Source of the DNA: Dehalococcoidia bacterium
GTDB lineage: Bacteria > Chloroflexota > Dehalococcoidia > Lucifugimonadales > Lucifugimonadaceae
Direction of reading: 5' to 3'
Assembly: GCA_965200145.1 (NCBI GenBank)
Contig: CBDATG010000002.1
Coordinates: 891,461-955,460 of the forward strand
DNA: 64,000 nt
In this document: positions 61,542-64,000 of the stretch, piece by piece
How positions within the stretch are numbered: position 1 is the first letter of the stretch
Layout: every line of letters begins with the position of its first letter
The notes under the pieces: generated by a model
What the model saw: the letters and a program-made list of their open reading frames with translations, nothing else
Databases searched by the model: none
Told to the model about the DNA's origin: nothing
Position numbers and translations under genes: made by a program

Positions 61542-62873
61542 ATGTCAAACGCTCTCGAAAGAATCATCCCAACCACGCAGTTCGTAGACCTATACGAACT
61601 AACCATGGCCGATGTCTACACACACAACGACATGGCAGACAATACAGCGACGTTCAGCCTCTACTTCAGAGGCTACCAGCACAACAGGGGCTACTACCTC
61701 GTCGCAGGTATCGACGCCGCACTCGACTACCTCAAAAACCTGTCCGTCAGCACGTCCGACCTCGAAACCATCCGCGAGCTAGGCATCCTCTCCAACCGCG
61801 CGCTTGAGTATCTGAAAGACTGGTCATTTACAGGAACTGCTCACGCAGTAAGAGAAGGCGAAATCATCTTCGACTCCGAACCGGTGCTCGAAGTAACCGC
61901 ACCGGTAATCCAAGCACAATTCGCCGAAGCAGCATTGCTAAACACCATCACGACCTGCACTCTCTTCGCCACCAAGGCAACCCGCATCGCACAAGCCGCG
62001 CAAGGCAGACCGGTCATCGACATGGGCGCACGTAGGACCCACGGAACCGCCGCCGCCCTGACGGCCGCGCGATCTGCCTACATCGCCGGATTCCAAGCCA
62101 CCAGCCTGCTTGAAGCCGCCGCACTTGGCATCCCTGTCGCTGGCACAATGGCACACTCTTTTATCCAGTCAATGCCAGACGAACTCTCCGCATTTCGGAG
62201 CTACGTCGAACGATACCCGAACGGCGCAACGCTACTGGTCGACACGTACGATACATACCAGGGAGTCAACAACGCCATCAAGACAGCACACGAACTGACG
62301 GAAAAGGGCGGACACATTCGCGCCATCAGACTGGACAGCGGAGACTTGGGCGCCCTAGCAACCATGGCGCGAGGAATGTTGGACAAGTCCGACCTGCCCA
62401 ACATGCAGATTATCGTAAGCGGCGGACTCGACGAATACGCCATCGACGCTCTTGTGACGCAAGGCGCACCAATCGACGCGTTCGGAGTCGGCACAAAGTT
62501 CGGAACATCCGCCGACGCTCCGTACATCGAATCGGTCTACAAGCTAGTCGAGTTCGACGGCCGACCTGTATTCAAACAGAGCGAAGGAAAACGAACTCTC
62601 CCCTTCGCCAAGCAGGTCTACCGCACACTCGACGGCCACGGAATGATGCATCATGACACCATCACCCGGCGCGATGAGCAACCAATCAACGCGTCAACGC
62701 CGCTGCTCAGCGAAGTCATGCGAAACGGTCAACGGACCCGCGAACCAGAATCGCTAGACACCACACGCGACCGGATCGCGTCAGCAATCATTTCGCTACC
62801 GTACCAATACCGTAAGTTACGATTCCCAGATACTTATCCTGTACACCTATCAGAATGCTTGAACAAGCACTGA
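61542..62873 (+). CDS. pncB: Nicotinate phosphoribosyltransferase
   Basis: N-terminus TTQFVDLYELTMADVY, GTMAHSFIQ, and the RLDSGD motif typical of NAPRTase. Confidence 0.85.
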   Translation: MSNALERIIPTTQFVDLYELTMADVYTHNDMADNTATFSLYFRGYQHNRGYYLVAGIDAALDYLKNLSVSTSDLETIRELGILSNRALEYLKDWSFTGTAHAVREGEIIFDSEPVLEVTAPVIQAQFAEAALLNTITTCTLFATKATRIAQAAQGRPVIDMGARRTHGTAAALTAARSAYIAGFQATSLLEAAALGIPVAGTMAHSFIQSMPDELSAFRSYVERYPNGATLLVDTYDTYQGVNNAIKTAHELTEKGGHIRAIRLDSGDLGALATMARGMLDKSDLPNMQIIVSGGLDEYAIDALVTQGAPIDAFGVGTKFGTSADAPYIESVYKLVEFDGRPVFKQSEGKRTLPFAKQVYRTLDGHGMMHHDTITRRDEQPINASTPLLSEVMRNGQRTREPESLDTTRDRIASAIISLPYQYRKLRFPDTYPVHLSECLNKH

Positions 62874-62906
62874 CCGACACGCGCGACACGAGGACCACAA
62901 CCCAAA

Positions 62907-63389
62907 ATGCAATCCAAACTAGCCCAAGGCGACAGACTGCCGAACACCCAGCTCAACCTAACAGACGGCTCAATCATGGACCTCCCAGTCGATATGCCTA
63001 CGAGATACCTAGTCCTGCTGTACTTCCGCGGCGCGTGGTGAAGCTACTGCCGAAGGCAGCTGGCAGGCTACCAAGACCAAATCAACGAACTCCAAGCTCT
63101 CGGTGTAACCGTCATCGCAGCCACTTCCGACAACAAAGACGACACATCACAAATGGCGGCCGATCTCGGGCTGAGCTTCCCAGTCGCCCACAGCGTTACA
63201 GAATCTGACACCGCGCCAAGCGGCACGTGGTGGTCAAACCACGACAGCCACGGACGACACATCCAGCCATGCGAATTGATCATCGGCAGAGGCGGTACCG
63301 TCCTCGGTTCAATGTACGCATCCGGACCCATCGGACGCATGTCCGTTGACGAAGTGCTGACGTTCATCCGCAACAGAGAACGCCGTTAA
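62907..63389 (+). CDS. AhpC/TSA (PRX_like2-type) thioredoxin-fold redoxin with an in-frame TGA at codon 45: candidate selenoprotein (U-x-x-C)
   Basis: A single frame is open from ATG 62907 to TAA 63389 except for TGA 63039-63041. The peptide ...YLVLLYFRGAW[U]SYCRRQL...LGVTVIAATSDN...GLSFPVAHS...ELIIGRGGTVLG... matches the FYRGxWCPxC redoxin layout, with the TGA on the first Cys. The ORF track only shows the 3' fragment 63153..63389. Confidence 0.6.
63043..63064 (+). promoter_or_regulatory. Candidate bacterial SECIS-like hairpin immediately 3' of the in-frame UGA
   Basis: GCUA-CUGCC / GAA / GGCAG-(C bulge)-UGGC. This gives 9 bp including one G.U, an apical loop containing G, and a start 2 nt after the UGA. 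Folded by hand only. Confidence 0.35.
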
Positions 63390-63440
63390 TCGCAACCTGC
63401 CTCCCAACATATACAGCTTGGGAAGCCATCCCGAAGCGAT

Positions 63441-63515
63441 TGGTGGAGCTGACGGGATTCGAACCCGTGACTTCCTGCTTGCAAAGCAGGCGCTCTCCCA
63501 CTGAGCTACAGCCCC
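63441..63515 (-). tRNA. tRNA-Ala (anticodon TGC), CCA encoded
   Basis: The reverse complement reads GGGGCTG-TA-GCTC-AGTGGGA-GAGC-G-CCTGC-TTTGCAA-GCAGG-AAGTC-ACGGG-TTCGAAT-CCCGT-CAGCTCC-A-CCA. The G3:U70 alanine identity pair is present. Confidence 0.93.
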
Positions 63516-63625
63516 ACTATTCTCTAGTGTACCAACCGCGCCAACCTCACGCTGCCGCGATACATGCGTTGTACCGATTCGCTATCATTTCCTGCGAACA
63601 CCATCTTCAACTCTCCACTAGCAAA

Positions 63626-64000
63626 GTGAAAACCAGCCCACTCGCCCACATCATCCGCGTCGCGGTGCTCCCAGTGTGCCTGGCCGCAGTAATCGCCTGC
63701 GGAGGAGACGGTACAAGCGGAAACCAAGAACAAGGCTTCCAGCAGATCACTGTCCACGACACCGTATTCACTCTCGAACACCTAGACTCCATCGGCTACA
63801 AAGTCTCACGCGAATACAGCACCGAAGGACTGGAAGGCGCAACTGCCGCCCTGTACGGCTTCTGGAGAATACCCGACGGAGACCCCGTCGACTTCGAAGT
63901 CCGCATCTACCAATCCCACGCCGAAGCTGTCAGCCTAGGGACCGCACTCGCAGACGAAGGCTCAGGAACAGATGCAGTGCTCGATGCCGACGACGCACAG
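63626..64000 (+). CDS. Hypothetical lipoprotein, 5' part (runs off the right edge)
   Basis: The frame is open from GTG 63626 to the window end and is not in the track because it has no stop. VKTSPLAHIIRVAVLPVCLAAVIACGGDG is a lipoprotein signal with a lipobox. Codon usage resembles its neighbours, and I prefer it over the antisense track ORFs 63524..63781 and 63607..63792. Confidence 0.5.
   Translation, partial: MKTSPLAHIIRVAVLPVCLAAVIACGGDGTSGNQEQGFQQITVHDTVFTLEHLDSIGYKVSREYSTEGLEGATAALYGFWRIPDGDPVDFEVRIYQSHAEAVSLGTALADEGSGTDAVLDADDAQ

Noticed and set aside
62855-63208. 117-aa plus-strand track ORF overlapping the end of pncB and the 5' half of the redoxin gene.
   Set aside because: It is in a different frame from the redoxin homology and has an Arg/Pro/Thr-rich low-complexity sequence. 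The frame containing the in-frame TGA explains the region better.
63524-63792. Minus-strand track ORFs 63524..63781 (85 aa) and 63607..63792 (61 aa).
   Set aside because: They overlap a plus-strand open frame from 63626 to the window edge. That frame begins with a convincing lipoprotein signal peptide and has neighbour-like codon usage. The minus-strand ORFs have no motifs.

Overview
This is a 64-kb chromosomal segment that by eye is GC-moderate and gene-dense. Start/stop overlaps of about 4 nt are frequent and I saw almost no canonical intrinsic terminators. The protein content suggests a marine heterotroph, possibly Chloroflexota (SAR202-like); that is inference only. It rests on lipoprotein ABC binding proteins with V/E/T-rich tethers, CRTAC1/ASPIC-UnbV propellers, a sulfatase and several amidohydrolases.

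Left to right the window contains:
- a system I cytochrome c maturation operon, ccmA-B-C-(D-like)-E, on the minus strand, with ccmE cut by the window edge
- amidohydrolase, D-aminoacylase and FAH genes, then plsY
- a DNA methyltransferase-HNH fusion
- korAB 2-oxoacid:ferredoxin oxidoreductase
- a NUDIX-GNAT fusion and a ThuA-like gene
- a tandem-SDR gene plus a split MaoC hydratase pair
- pcrA, a SAM methyltransferase and a DRTGG-domain gene
- tRNA-Phe, tRNA-Leu and tRNA-Gly around a DEDD-fold exonuclease-like gene with degenerate catalytic motifs
- three paralogous Opp/Dpp-type ABC importer modules (about 24.9-31.5, 33.9-38.0 and 42.1-48.4 kb), interleaved with two CRTAC1-family lipoproteins, an enolase-superfamily enzyme, an anchored secreted protein and a sulfatase
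- pncA and a Gfo/Idh/MocA oxidoreductase
- an NYN (PIN-like RNase) gene preceded by two tandem structured repeats
- an Fe-ADH / Lhr / AIM24 cluster, then pncB
- a redoxin gene interrupted by one in-frame TGA at the catalytic Cys position (candidate selenoprotein)
- tRNA-Ala and a 5'-partial lipoprotein gene

I recognised no rRNA, CRISPR array, IS/transposase, integrase or transcription-factor gene.

The strongest leads are the UGA-recoded redoxin, the tandem covarying RNA-like repeats upstream of the NYN gene, the MTase-HNH fusion, and the triplicated importer/propeller locus. All family assignments come from motif recognition by eye; no database search was run.
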